Shown here one piece after another: positions 1-11,640 of a stretch of DNA of 64,000 nucleotides. The translations under genes were made by a program, and so were the position numbers. Origin of the DNA: Macrostomum hystrix (taxonomy: Eukaryota; Animalia; Platyhelminthes). The notes beneath the pieces were generated by a model. It searched no databases. It was not told the origin of the DNA and saw nothing but the letters and a program-made list of their open reading frames with translations. The stretch is taken from contig CATNEN010000011.1 in the NCBI GenBank assembly GCA_950097015.1, positions 4,154,001-4,218,000 on the forward strand, given 5' to 3'. Every line of letters begins with the position of its first letter. Position 1 is the first letter of the stretch.

Positions 1-3000
1 ACAGTGGAAGTTGCTGACGCAAGGCTAGTGTGCGTCTACTCACAGGTGACATTGTACTTTGTTGGTAGCTGCATGAAGTGTTAAACAGTATAGGATAAGC
101 ATCTGGTCTATATAATTTCGAAAGAAAATAATAGACCTAGAGAATGGTTAGAGAACAGCCATTTGGCTAGAGACCTAGCCAAAGTGGGATTGCCAGATGT
201 ACAGCAGGAGCTTTTATTTTATTTCCTGCATGATGCAAATCGATGACGCAACGAATGTAGCACGTCGGTTTGCCTTAACTTAACGGTGGTATTTCAAATG
301 CCCACATTTTTCTTTTTTTCTGTATCTCCAAAATATTCCACCAATCGCCGTGAAAATCCAGAACATGGCCTAAAATAGCGTGGTGCTTCTACTGTTAAAG
401 GAGGGTTAGTAGCCAGGTGCTGCAAGCCGGACCCACCAGCCCTGGCTATAAAATAAATACCCCAAAAATACGCTTGGTGTCGTCGCGGCGCTAGCCAATG
501 AAAAGCATCAGACAGAAAAGGCAGGGAGGGTTTAAGGTCAGCGGCTTTCCCCCAGCCTATCGGCACACGCAGTGGGGGAAGAAAGTGGAGGGAATGAGGC
601 GTAACTCCCTAGCCCAGAGGCTCACCCCACCTCCTCCTGACCCAGCCGAGTGGCCTGTACCAAAAACAAGTACAAAAGTAAAAGTACAAATGTTATATTA
701 TCTGATAATCAGCTATCCATTGCTCCGGCAGGCTATTCGTCAGACGCTGTCTCCGGCGTCGAGTCATGAGCGTGCAGCCGTCGGTGTACAAGATGTCACC
801 CTGGGCAGCGGGGGCGAAGGCTTGCTGTCCATGGTGGAGGCGGCGCACTTTTGCCAGCATCTTGGCAGGCCGCACTGGGCCGAGCTGCTCTGCCTGCCAG
901 TTGAACTATCCGACTGCCCGCAGTGGCTGCTCTACGCTGATGCAGCTTGGAAAGCTTTGATGGAATCTCCGTCGACTGCCAGTCGTCTGGTTGGGACGCC
1001 GCTGCGCAGACTTTGTCTCGCTCAGGTGAGCCCTTATGACTAAATTTATATTCGTTGGGGGAATGGTACGACCGGCAGTCTATTGGGATTCTTCCCATTC
1101 GCCTGACCCTGACTCGTAATAATAGTTAGTTACACCTGTCCTAATTAGGCTAGATGTGTAGCCAACAGCACACTGCCGCAGCCATGGCGCTGCTGGACTG
1201 GGGAGACGCCATGCGTGGCCCCAATTTACCCCAGCTAATTCTGGTGCCCATTTAACAGTTAGTTAAACTGAAACAGTGCAGAACAGAGGGGGCTTGAGTG
1301 GCAGAGCGGTAAAGGCTTACCCTCTCGCACCAAGGTCCCTGAGCTCGATTCCTGAGCGCGGTGAGGCCACGTTCATTTAGGGCGCCGCCGCGGAGAGAAG
1401 GCTTGGGGACTAGTATTGCAATTTACGCCCTTGAGGGCCAACCTCCAAGGCGCAGTGAGAGTGTACACTGCCTAATGATGAGAAAGTCAGGGCAGATGTA
1501 CACCTGTGTGAGCGTGTGCCTGTGTACAGTATCTGAGTGCATGTGTGCTCAGGAGTCAGCGAAATGGGCAGAACTGCCTCCTCGCTGGCTGCGGGTCTAG
1601 TGTCACCAAATGATGTACCATTGCCCGCAGCCCTCCTCCAATTATTACTATATTTTTAACAGTGCAGAGTTGATTGTCTCGTTGTTATAAGACTAAAATT
1701 GTATTAGTAGTCAAGAATCGAAACTCCCCCCCGACCTTTCGGCTAACCACTGGGCTACGACCCCCTTGACCCATGAGCACGCACTCAAACAGCTCTCTGT
1801 ACATGTGCGGAGTTGACTGTACAGAGCATCAAGGGCGTAAATTGCAATACTAGTCCCCAAGTCTTCAATCCGCTACCGCGCAGGGGATTCGAACTCATGG
1901 AATCGAAAAAGCCGATCGAGTTCCTTAATTTCTTTAATATCTACTTGTCAGTAGGCGATCTCAGACATGGCTTTGTTGAATGATTCCACCGCCACAAACA
2001 TTCAGGGCATCGGCAGCGTGACGAAGAAAATCAGGGGCAGCTCTCCAGGGCCGGGAAGTCTGCGGCTTCGGTCAGACGTCACCGTGGCGGAGCTCTGCGC
2101 CACGGTGCGCCTGTTAAATCACGCCAGACTGTCGCTGTTGGGCCAACCGCCGCGTCTTCGTGAGCCGCCAGAAATTGACGGCATACCGGAAGGCGTGCTG
2201 GCTGGTTGGAGGGCCCTGTTTGTCCAACCGCTGGCGGACATTATTGGCGGTGGATTTGGTGACGCCTTGCTGGCTTGGCACGCTCAGCTGGTCGCAGATT
2301 GCGACGCTGTTGAAACGGCGGAAGTCACAGGAACCGGGCCAGAGCTCAAGGTAATCGGCTTGATATCCTTTGGGTATGTATGAAAGCAGCTAGAATCGTA
2401 ACTAGAAACGCAGCTGGATCGCAGTTTGAATCGTATCTGGAGTCGCAGCTAGAACAGTGCCTGGAATTGCAGCACAAATCGTCGCTTGAAACGCAGCTAG
2501 AATTTTTTCTGAAAATGCAGTTAGAATCGTAGCTGGAGACGCAGCTAGAATCCTATATTGTGGTTTCTCAGAATATTTTACGATCGATAAAAACTTACAC
2601 AAATAACACGGATGCTCCGTCAAAGACTTGAAAGTCATTCGTGAACTAAATCTCTAACTTGCAGCCAAAGGACCTCGTAGCATCTCGTCGGAATCTTCTA
2701 CAATCGAAGTCGGCCGAAGAGGAAGCCGCGCTGGCCCAGTGGCGCTGGACCGAGCTACTCGACCCGGCGCTGAGACCGATGCTGACAATGAGCTCAAATG
2801 TGGAATTTTCGGTGGAGTCGGCTCTGACATCGGCCGGCCTGCCGTCTGATCTGCTGCCACGAGGCCTGGCCACGCCGGCTTGGAGAATCGAGCTGGCGGC
2901 CTGCGCTGGCAGCAGGATGTACGGCCTGAACACGCCGGAGTCGGACGTGGATTACCTGCTGGTCTATTCTAGGGCTGATGAGTTTCAAAGGTTGAGACAT

Positions 3001-4600
3001 CCGCCAGATACGGCCGAGTCCAGGGGACCCGATAAGTCGGTGAGGATCTTGATAGTCTGGTTGATGTCGTTTTAGGCAGGATTCCATCAGGCGAGACATC
3101 ATTTATTTTGGGGCGCAGTCGAGGAGAGAAGGCTTGGGGGCTTGTCGTACAATTCACGCCTTTGAGGACCATTCTTCAAGTCTTCAAGTCTTCAAGCACG
3201 CATGCTTCGTTTGCTTCAAGGTATTTTCATCGGCAGAAAATTATCACGTGATTGTCATCTCCAGTGTGCTAATTATAGAACAGGCAATGAGTCATAGAAC
3301 TCCGCACATATTCAGAAAAAGCATTAAGAGGTGCGAAACGTTTCAACTAAATTTTTTGTACACAAAAACGCAAAGGTGGAATTCGGCTGCTGCGAGGCTG
3401 CTGAGTTTGCGCGCCAGCTGCTCCGAGGCAGCATTGTGCAATTGGAGCTGCTGTTTGCTGCTCCCAGCGCTCGCCTGTTTGTCTCGCCCGGCTTCGACTG
3501 GCTGCTTCAGAGGCGCGGCCAATTCGTCACGGAGAATTTCATTCGACAACTGCTGGGCTTGGCCAGCCAATTGGTTCGCGTGCTGCGCAAAGCTGAGGTT
3601 CGGGACAACTTGGTCTTTGGGATCTACTTCACGCATTTCTCATGTATTGTTTGCATTTGGACAATAATGGCTTTTGAATTATAGGTTATTAGGTCCGTTC
3701 TATTGATCTAGTATTACAACCGGTTAATCTGAATCAAAGATAAATTAACTGTCTTGCTGAATAAATTGCTTTTTTCCTTGGTCTGAGATTCGAACTCCCG
3801 ACCTCTCTACTAGAGTTCAGAATTTCAATCAATGGACTATGAACTCAATTTATCAAGCATTTTTTAATGCTTTTGAAGTGTTTACAGCCATTGCCGATAT
3901 GTATTGAAAAAGTCGAATTCTTTTTCAGGCCAACTCGGAGCAAATGGCCCCAGCCGAGGCTCGCAAAGCGGGCAAAGCAGCCTACCAGCTTGAGCACAAG
4001 CTCAACCTACTGGCCGACCTGGCTGCCGGCCGTGAGCCGAGGGTCACCCTCGAAGCTGACGAGCGAGACAGAGTGTTGAGTCTGAGGGCTGCGGACTGGG
4101 CGGATGCTGCTAATAGAGCTCGGCTCGCCAGGTTGACCTTGGACAGGTGAGTGGCGGTTGATTCGCTGAAGCCGAAAATAATTTTGCTGGAAAATATTTT
4201 TGAGCTAGAATCTCTAAATATCTATCATAATTAGAAAATCTCTAATCTCGCCTATCTACTAACAATATAATCTCTCAAAATCTCACCCCTCTAATAGGGT
4301 TAGATCCTCTCAAAATCTCACCCCTCTAATAGGGTTAGAACCTCTCAAAATCTCACCCTCTAATATCGTTAGAGTCTCTCAAAATCTCACCTCTTTATCA
4401 CGGTTAAAATCTTCCAAAATCCAAACTAAAAAATGCGGTCCCTTTTTCTAAGAAACATTGTGCTCCGCCCACGCAGACACCGGAAAATCAAGCAAGCCCT
4501 GGCCAGCAGAACCAGCCGCTTGCCTGAGAATTGTCCAATCGACCTCCTAACTGACTGGCTGTACGTCGTTCACGGTTGCGACCCCAGTAGAGAAGTTTGA
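1..4600 (+). CDS. Pol-beta-superfamily nucleotidyltransferase (RlaP/PF10127-like), tandem two-domain, 5' end outside window
   Basis: Phase-consistent GT-AG exons: <1-45, 732-1025, 1955-2350, 2665-3039, 3376-3597, 3929-4146, 4477-4600 (TGA 4598-4600). Catalytic motif AGSRMYGLNTPESDVDYLLVY (GS..DxD), then EAAEFARQLLRGSIVQLELLF, KAAYQLEHKLNLL and C-terminal SRLPENCPIDLLTDWL, resembling PF10127 motifs as I recall them. The first two exons are less certain. Confidence 0.75.
1141..1767 (-). mobile_element. SINE family B copy, split by a family A insertion
   Basis: 3' body at 1141-1282 (GGACTGGGG...CCCCAGCTAATTCTGG...CATTTAACAG) matches 7985-8145 and 48358-48627; tRNA-like head on the minus strand at ~1705-1767. 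Confidence 0.6.
1283..1657 (+). mobile_element. SINE family A, full-length copy
   Basis: tRNA-like head (A box TGGCAGAGCGG, B-box variant GAGCTCGATTC), conserved body shared with at least 9 other loci, AT-rich tail, 11-bp target-site duplication AACAGTGCAGA at 1272-1282 and 1658-1668. Confidence 0.85.
1829..1897 (-). mobile_element. SINE family A fragment, inverted
   Basis: 1830-1866 is the reverse complement of 1397-1433 at 36/37 nt. Confidence 0.75.
2385..2550. repeat. Degenerate ~12-bp tandem repeat (GCAGCTAGAATC-like), intronic
   Basis: Repeated GCAGCTAGAA/GCAGCTGGA units. Confidence 0.55.
3095..3170 (+). mobile_element. SINE family A internal fragment
   Basis: TTTGGGGCGCAG...GGAGAGAAGGCTTGGGGGCTTGTCGTACAATTCACGCCTTTGAGG matches the family A body. 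Confidence 0.7.
3783..3842 (-). mobile_element. tRNA-derived SINE head fragment
   Basis: Reverse strand reads ATAGTCCATTGATT...GAGGTCGGGAGTTCGAATCTC (B box); no acceptor stem. Confidence 0.45.
4270..4400. repeat. ~35-bp tandem repeat (CTCTCAAAATCTCACCCCTCTAATAGGGTTAGA), ~4 copies
   Basis: Directly visible, intronic. Confidence 0.7.
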
Positions 4601-6033
4601 AATTCGATGGTTTTTTTTCAGGATTTGAGAAGATAGGTGGAATTGTACTTTAATAACAAATTATAAAGCTCGGATCTTTTTGTTAACTTCAACAAATTTT
4701 GATGTTGCAAATAAATTAGAAAAATTCCAAAGACGTTGTCATTTTGTCTTGCTTTCATTAGCATCGTATTGAGCAATGAACAATGAACCTCAAAGATCAG
4801 GTTTTTGGTCAATAAATTAAAAAAATTATTTCTACGATCACGAGTATAACTTTCTGCTGACAAGTGAAAATAGAATTTCTACTACTCATACAAGCAGTTA
4901 TTGAGTAGTTTTTTGAGTTGAATTTTTATCGAAGACAGCAAGACGTACAGTAGCAACAAACGACTATAATCAAAGTAGTGGGTATAACAAGTGGGTAAAA
5001 AATTGGAAAGGAAGTGAGTAGCTTGTGGACACTTGTTTTAAGCGACAATTGTGTTTTTGCTCAACAGTGAAACTTGAAACATCACAGAACTGCCACCAGA
5101 GGAACTAACGGAGGAAGTTTCAAAGAAAAAAAGCTAAGAAATTTAATCGACAATAAACTAATGATTAATCAATGAGTGGAGCATGAGATTTGTCCTCTAA
5201 GCGCATTGTGACCGTCTCATGGCTTTATCTAGTCCTGACTGAACGAAACTCAAATAAAATTGAGGACTAGTTGAAAAATTATAGCCGAGACTCGAAATCG
5301 CGCGCTTTCAGCCAGTCAAATAAAACGAAAGGTGACAATAGAAAAACAAGTTTTTTCGAAATTTGAAAGCGGTCGTAACGGAAAACTCGGAGGACAGCAG
5401 AAATAACGGATTCGTGCAGCATATAAATAAACAGTGCTAATTATGAATGCGAATGAATCTTGGGTCCGAAGAGTTCCATCAACAGTCAGTTTAGCATTTC
5501 TTCTTGCATCTGAGCCGAAAAAAATACGAAACATAAAGTGCAAAAAGAGGCAAGTAGAAAATTAGCTTAACTGATTTAGTTCGGAACCCTGATAGGTAAA
5601 TGTAAGTTAATAGCTGATCATTTTGTGAGTAACCTGGTTAAATCGAGGTGCAATTTTGAGCTCTTGAGTTGGTTTTTAAGCTACCTAAAATACGGCAATT
5701 AAACAACAAAATAAATCGCAGAAACGCGGAGAAAGCAAATTAACAAAGCGGAATGATCGCATTGTTCTTGGCCATCGAGTTTCTAGAGCTAGTCGACGCA
5801 ATGCACACAAATCAGTAATATGACAGCTCAACGAAATAAGATACGAGTAAGTGAGCATGTTTAGCTGGTTTAAGAGCTCGTATTCACGAGCTATTTTTCT
5901 TCCAAATTCTTCCAAAACTCAGCTTTTTTGTTCTATTTCCAGCTCTATTCATTTAGCGAAAAGCGAAACAACAAAGGCATTGAAAGTGGAGTCTACCGGA
6001 ATGCTTTCACGCCTGAGTGCCGCTAACTGTCTA

Positions 6034-9000
6034 CTATAGATCTGTGCTCAACTCTCTCTTCGGCCTTCTATGTGCGCGGAAGAAGCCATCCTCCTGACCG
6101 AAGCTGTCAGCTTCCAGCCAGCCGCCGCCGTCGATGGTATCCGGCGCGATGCGGCATCGGAAACGCATTCCGGTGTTGCCGTCCACCGGTTGAATGACCT
6201 CACCTTGGAAGTCCGCGCCGTGGTCAACAAACTCGCTGGCTGACGCGTACAGAAGCGGGTAGTGATGCCGCAGACTGACTCCGCGCCGCGCCAGGTCCTT
6301 CTGCAACGAGACCAGCTGAGAGCGTCGTCTGCAGCGTTGCTTCGCGTCTGCCAGCTCGTAGTCGTTGTCGTCTTGAGCTCTGTCGGTTTTTACCACCGCC
6401 CAGCAACGAAGCAGGGGTCCGCCACCGCCGCTGCCGCCGTTGCCACCGCGTGTCTGCGGGTAGCTGGCACTCAGCGGGATGGCCGCGCAGAGCACAAATG
6501 CGGCGAGCCCGGCCGCGTTGGCTCTGGCGACCCTGGCGACCGCTTGTACAGCGGCGTCTTGATCTGCCGCTGCGTCGTTCCATGGTAGAAAAGTTGGTGG
6601 TCGTAGCAGACTTGGCGTGGTCTCGGTGTCGGATGATTCCACGCCCGATAGGACCAGCTGAACGCAGCCATCGTGACCGGCGTTGGATGCTCCGCGGCTT
6701 GCCAGTCGCGCCAGGAGCCGATGCTGAGATGCCGCGCGTCGCAGCGCCAATCGACATGCTGCAGCCTGGCGTTCGAAGCCGCAGACGCGACTGTGGGCAG
6801 CCCAGTGAGCGCGTCGGCAGGGGTCGGAGCAGTAGCCGACGGCCGGACAGTTTGGGCAGCCGAGGTTGCCACCGCCGCCGCTGCCGCCGCTGACCCTACT
6901 GCAACGAGGGTTCGAGCATCGTTTCGCAGACGATTTCAGCTGCATAGGTGGCGACGGCGATGAAGATGGCGACTGCCGAGTTGGCGAATGAATGCAGAAG
7001 CCAGCCGCAGCCTCCGCTGCTGCTTTTATTTCAGCGAGAGCCAAACTTGATTCGTCAAACTGTCGTTGCGCCAGACGTCGATCAATCGACTGCAGCAGGG
7101 CGCGAGTCTCGGAGAGTCGACCCAGACCTTCCTCGTACGATAACGCTGCGACTGGGCCTTCAGCTAGGATTGTTGCCTCCTCCAGAGGCCTTTGCTGCTT
7201 CGTTGGAGACGATTGCTGCGACTGCGTGCTTGATTTTAGAGACTTCTTTTCGTTCTTCCAGTCGTCGGCTTCGCTACGATCGATAGAAATGATGCTGCTG
7301 CTTTCTGCACTATCGGTGTCACCCCGGTCAATGTTGACAACTTCTGTATTGGCAGTTGGTGATGCAGTGCGTGTTGGAGGCGGCGGAGGCGGTGGCGTCT
7401 GCTGGTTTACAATGACCTTCGCCTCAATCTCGGGCTTTTGCTTCGGCAGGAAGTCGCTTGGCTTAAGAGTGACCGTCACCAGCGGCAGTGGCGTCTTGGA
7501 AGGTGGTCGGTGTCGCATCGGTTTGCTGATGTCGCCCTCGCGGCGGTTCAAGCTGCTCTCCTTAATGTATCGGCTTTCAGACTTTGCCTGCTCAGGCAAT
7601 GTCACTTCCGGCTGTCGCTTCAGCACCTCTAGCTTTGGGTCGGGAAGCAGCGCGCCGATTCTGGTGGGCAGGCTGACAAATTTTGGCATTACTAGCAAAG
7701 CTGTGGACACTTGGTGATTGAATGTGGCCGACTTTGGTATCGACACAGTCGTTTTTTCTGGCGAAACAGCGGCCGCAGTCGCTTCCGATCGCACCTTGCG
7801 CCGCCGTGGAGTTGCCTGAAGACCTTCAGCTCGGCCCACGCAGCTCCAGCGGCTCTCCGATGAATTCAGTCGCTGGCTGTTGCTTGCAGGATCGTCGCCC
7901 AGTGGCAGACTATCGAGCCAGTCCGGTAGCTCTAGGCGTGACAGCGATCTGGTTGGGTGAACACAGATCTGTCTGAGTAAAAAAGTACAGTCCATGGACT
8001 GGGGAGGCTGCGACACCCAGCCGAATTTCTACCCCAGCTAATTCTAATACTTATTTTACAGCTAGTTAAACTGAACCTAGGCGGAATTAAGTGCCTTACT
8101 CACAAAAACCTGTTTTTTTCTGGAAGACTCGAACTCCTGACCTATAGAGTATAGGAAGATTTCAAAATTACTTAATTTAATAGTGTCCTTTCTATGCAAG
8201 ACCTAATGTAAAATTGTTTTATATCAGTTTAAATGGTGTAAATAATTTAACACCGTGACAAACTAGTTTCTTGCTCACCTGCAGATTGCCTTCTCGCTTT
8301 CAGATTTTGCCCTCGCCTGAAGTCTTTCTATGAATGACGGGTGCCGCTTTGCAGGCGATCCTGAATTATTTGGTTTCTGCTGCATCACCGCCTGATTCCG
8401 CCTTTGATACCTTCTGCCAGCGCTGCCGCTTCCACTGCCATCAGACAGCAGATCGTCACTGGCTGCTCGCCCAAACAAATCTTCGCTGCGATTCAAACAG
8501 TCTGGAGAGGCCAAACCGCTGCGCCGTTCTCCGATATCCGCCAGACTTCGCGTTCCCAGCCTTCCTGATCCGAAGTCATCCAGATTTGTCTCAGAGATTC
8601 TCAAAGGTTGATCGCTTTCTGCGGCTTCAGCTGCGGCTGCTTCCAGCAGACAGCGGTGAAGCTCGTACAGAGAAACTGACTTGCCAGCCTCGGCTGGCTC
8701 CAACAGCGGCGGTGACTCTGGCAGCTCCACCGTTGAATCTAGATTTGTCGATTTGAAGCGCCGTCGCCAAGTTGAGCGCCGCTGAGCTGCCGCCGACGGC
8801 GGCGGTGCGGGCGGCGGCGCTAGTCGCTGGCCGGCGAACACCCTCAGGGCATCCTCGTCGTTCATCAATCGACGCAGCTCAAAATGTTGACTGTCGGAGC
8901 TGGGTGACAGGACAGACGGCTCTGGCACAGTATTGGTCGGTGGCGGCTTATCATCGTCCGGTGAGGAGTCGCTGCTGTCTGGAATGAAGGCTGCCTCAAC

Positions 9001-11609
9001 TTTTAGCGCTGCAACTGGTGCTGCTGTGGCTGCCAGAGCTGCATTCTGTCTGGCACTCAGCTCCTCCAATTGTCGTTTGAGGCCCAGCAGCCGCTGCTGA
9101 TAGAGACTCGTTTCTGATGGCACAGCGACTCCAGGCTTTCGCGTTGATGACGCCAGTGTCGTCATTGGAGACGACGGCGGTGGTGGCGGCGGAGGTGACA
9201 GCTTCTGCGCAGGCGGAAACGAAGCGGATGTTTGCAACGACGTCTGCGGCACCAATTCGAATCCTCCGCCGTCGACGCCAACGCCGAAGTAGCCACCAAC
9301 GGGTGTTGGTGTCGTAGGACTCACAGTACACGATGTCGAGACGAGAATTCGGAGCAGCTGTGGCGAAGAGTTTGAGTCGTCTTTTCCAACCTCGCCAACG
9401 CCGCCAACAAGCCGGACGATTCCAACCGCTCCGCTGGCTGCCAGTCCTGCAGCTCGAGCCGTTGCCCTGGCCACGGCTGCACCAGCGCTGGCTGCGCTCG
9501 CCTCCGAGGTGACGATCGCCGCCGCTTCCTGTGACGCATCGTCGAGTTGACGATATCGACCGAAGTAGTCACCATCGCTGTACTCGATCCGACTGGCAAT
9601 GCGGGCACTGGATGACGCGACCGCTCTGACAGCCCCCGTGTGCTCTGCGGTGCGGTTTGGAGTTTTCCTAATATTGGTTGCTCTTAACAGAAGAAAGACC
9701 TCGCTATTTTTCCCTCTGGGGAAGGACCGCGGACTGCCTACTTCACGATAGCTCCCAAACCGAATGACCAATTTTCGTGTAAGACTTTTACTTAGTTGCA
9801 GGGGGGCCTGGGGCACTTGACACACAAGCGCAGAAACGGCTTGCCCCCAGGCCGGCGAACTAGGCGGGAGTCGCCCATCTGGACCCCTGGACACAGGCAC
9901 CTCACACACAGCCGCAAGCCAAGCGAGGAAGGGGGCGGCAACCGGAGTGCCTCTCACCCCAGGCCCGCACATGCACAGAGCAGACCAAACCAGGGGAGGA
10001 CTTAGATGCATGAAGGGTAGGGACGATAGAACCAAGCCACGCGCGCAGACGGCTGGTGAAACCTCGCCGCTCAGAGCACCCATGACTGGTGCACACCCGC
10101 CCCACCCCCCATACAACGCCTCACACCCGGCCCAACGCACAAACACAAACACAAACAAGCAGGCATGCAGAAGGCAGGGGTAAAGCTATTTTAAATTAGC
10201 TTTGGTTGCACTGAATAAGGTGCATCTCCGCAAGTCACTACTTCGCAGACCCCAACTAAGCCCCCGAAATAATCGTGACTTGGAGGGAGGTACGAACCAG
10301 CGACCATTGGAAAGTGAGGCAGCGACATTGGCCACTGACCCACTCACCCCCTCGTGTAAGTCCACCATATGGATCGAAATTTTCCGAAATTTTTGGAGAT
10401 ACAGAAAAAAAAGTAGCTTGACTTCATTTTCTCTGGCGAAACCATTCATTTAAGCTAACTCTCTGCTCCGATCAGCCACTTGGAGCAGAGATGGCGAAAG
10501 GGAAAATCTGGGGAGATTTTGTGGAGGCACTTCAGGAACCTCTTCTTGCGATCGATTTCGCTTTGAAAAGCAATTTTTAGAGATTCCTTCCCTCCCTCAC
10601 CGATATATCCCCATCGAATCTGTGATGCCTTCGATTCAGTGAACACACTCAATCCCTTTACATCTTTGCACTTTAAAAGACATTAACTGGGTGCAGCGCA
10701 ACATAAATACTGACCTGAAATGTCCTTTGAATGCAAACGCTTTTGCCTTGAACATTTCTTCACTAAGGCAAAGTTAAGCTATTCACCATAAAACATATGC
10801 TGTTAATCAATCTTAATCTGTTTACTAATCTCGTTTCTGGGGCCAATAAATAGAGTCTTACAAGGTAGACATGTAAAATAAAATTCGACCAAGATAAATC
10901 GGGACAGATTTTGGGATTGGGATGAAAATTCGTCTATCGCCTGTGGAAGTCGTTATCTTAACTGGAGGAAACAGTCAACCAGAGGATGTCTGACCTTCTG
11001 GATACCACTGCGACTCCACTGTGGCTGACATGGCTTCCTCTTCTCCCGCGATCGGTGACGTCGCCTGGGATGCATCCGCTGATAACAGAGCCAGCCGCAG
11101 GCTTGTCTGACGCAGGCCCGGATCTGAGCAGCTTCGACTGGGACTTGATGGTGATTCGCCAGTGACGGCGTAGCTTGTTGTTCCAGCCGCGGCAGCCGCC
11201 GCAGCTGCAGCCGCCACCGCCGCCACTGCCGCCTCCTCGGCGATGGCGCCGAGTCTGCGATATCCTCGTGCCTGTCCGCAGCTGCCGCCGGCGCAGCGTC
11301 TCCTCAACTGTAGCTGCTGCTGACGATGCTGCTGCAGCAGCCGGCGTCGAGCATCGCGTCGAGCTGTCGCCGCCGCTGACGCAGCTGCAGCCACCGTCTC
11401 CAAGTGCAGATCCAGATCGTCCTGAGACAGTACAGGCAGTCGTTGACGATGATCGACACACGCGAAGCTGACCTGAGGCGCTGCCGAAGCGGCCGCGACC
11501 TCTGCAAGCTCGGCTTCGCTGTCGCTGGAGGACGAGGACGAGGTTGAATACTCGATGGCCTCTGCGTCCGGTTCGTGTCGCCAGTGCCGACGCCTTGACC
11601 GACGCGCTG

Positions 11610-11640
<31 letters not shown>

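Noticed and set aside
1288-1355. tRNA genes at SINE heads (also 25507, 27757, 43974, 48560, 60153)
   Set aside because: A/B boxes are present but there is no acceptor stem or full cloverleaf, and each is fused to a shared SINE body.
6224-7976. Overlapping opposite-strand or alternative-frame ORFs over GC-rich exons (also 8334-9608, 20846-22211, 49693-50130, 55841-58215)
   Set aside because: Shadow ORFs of GC-rich coding sequence with no independent motifs.
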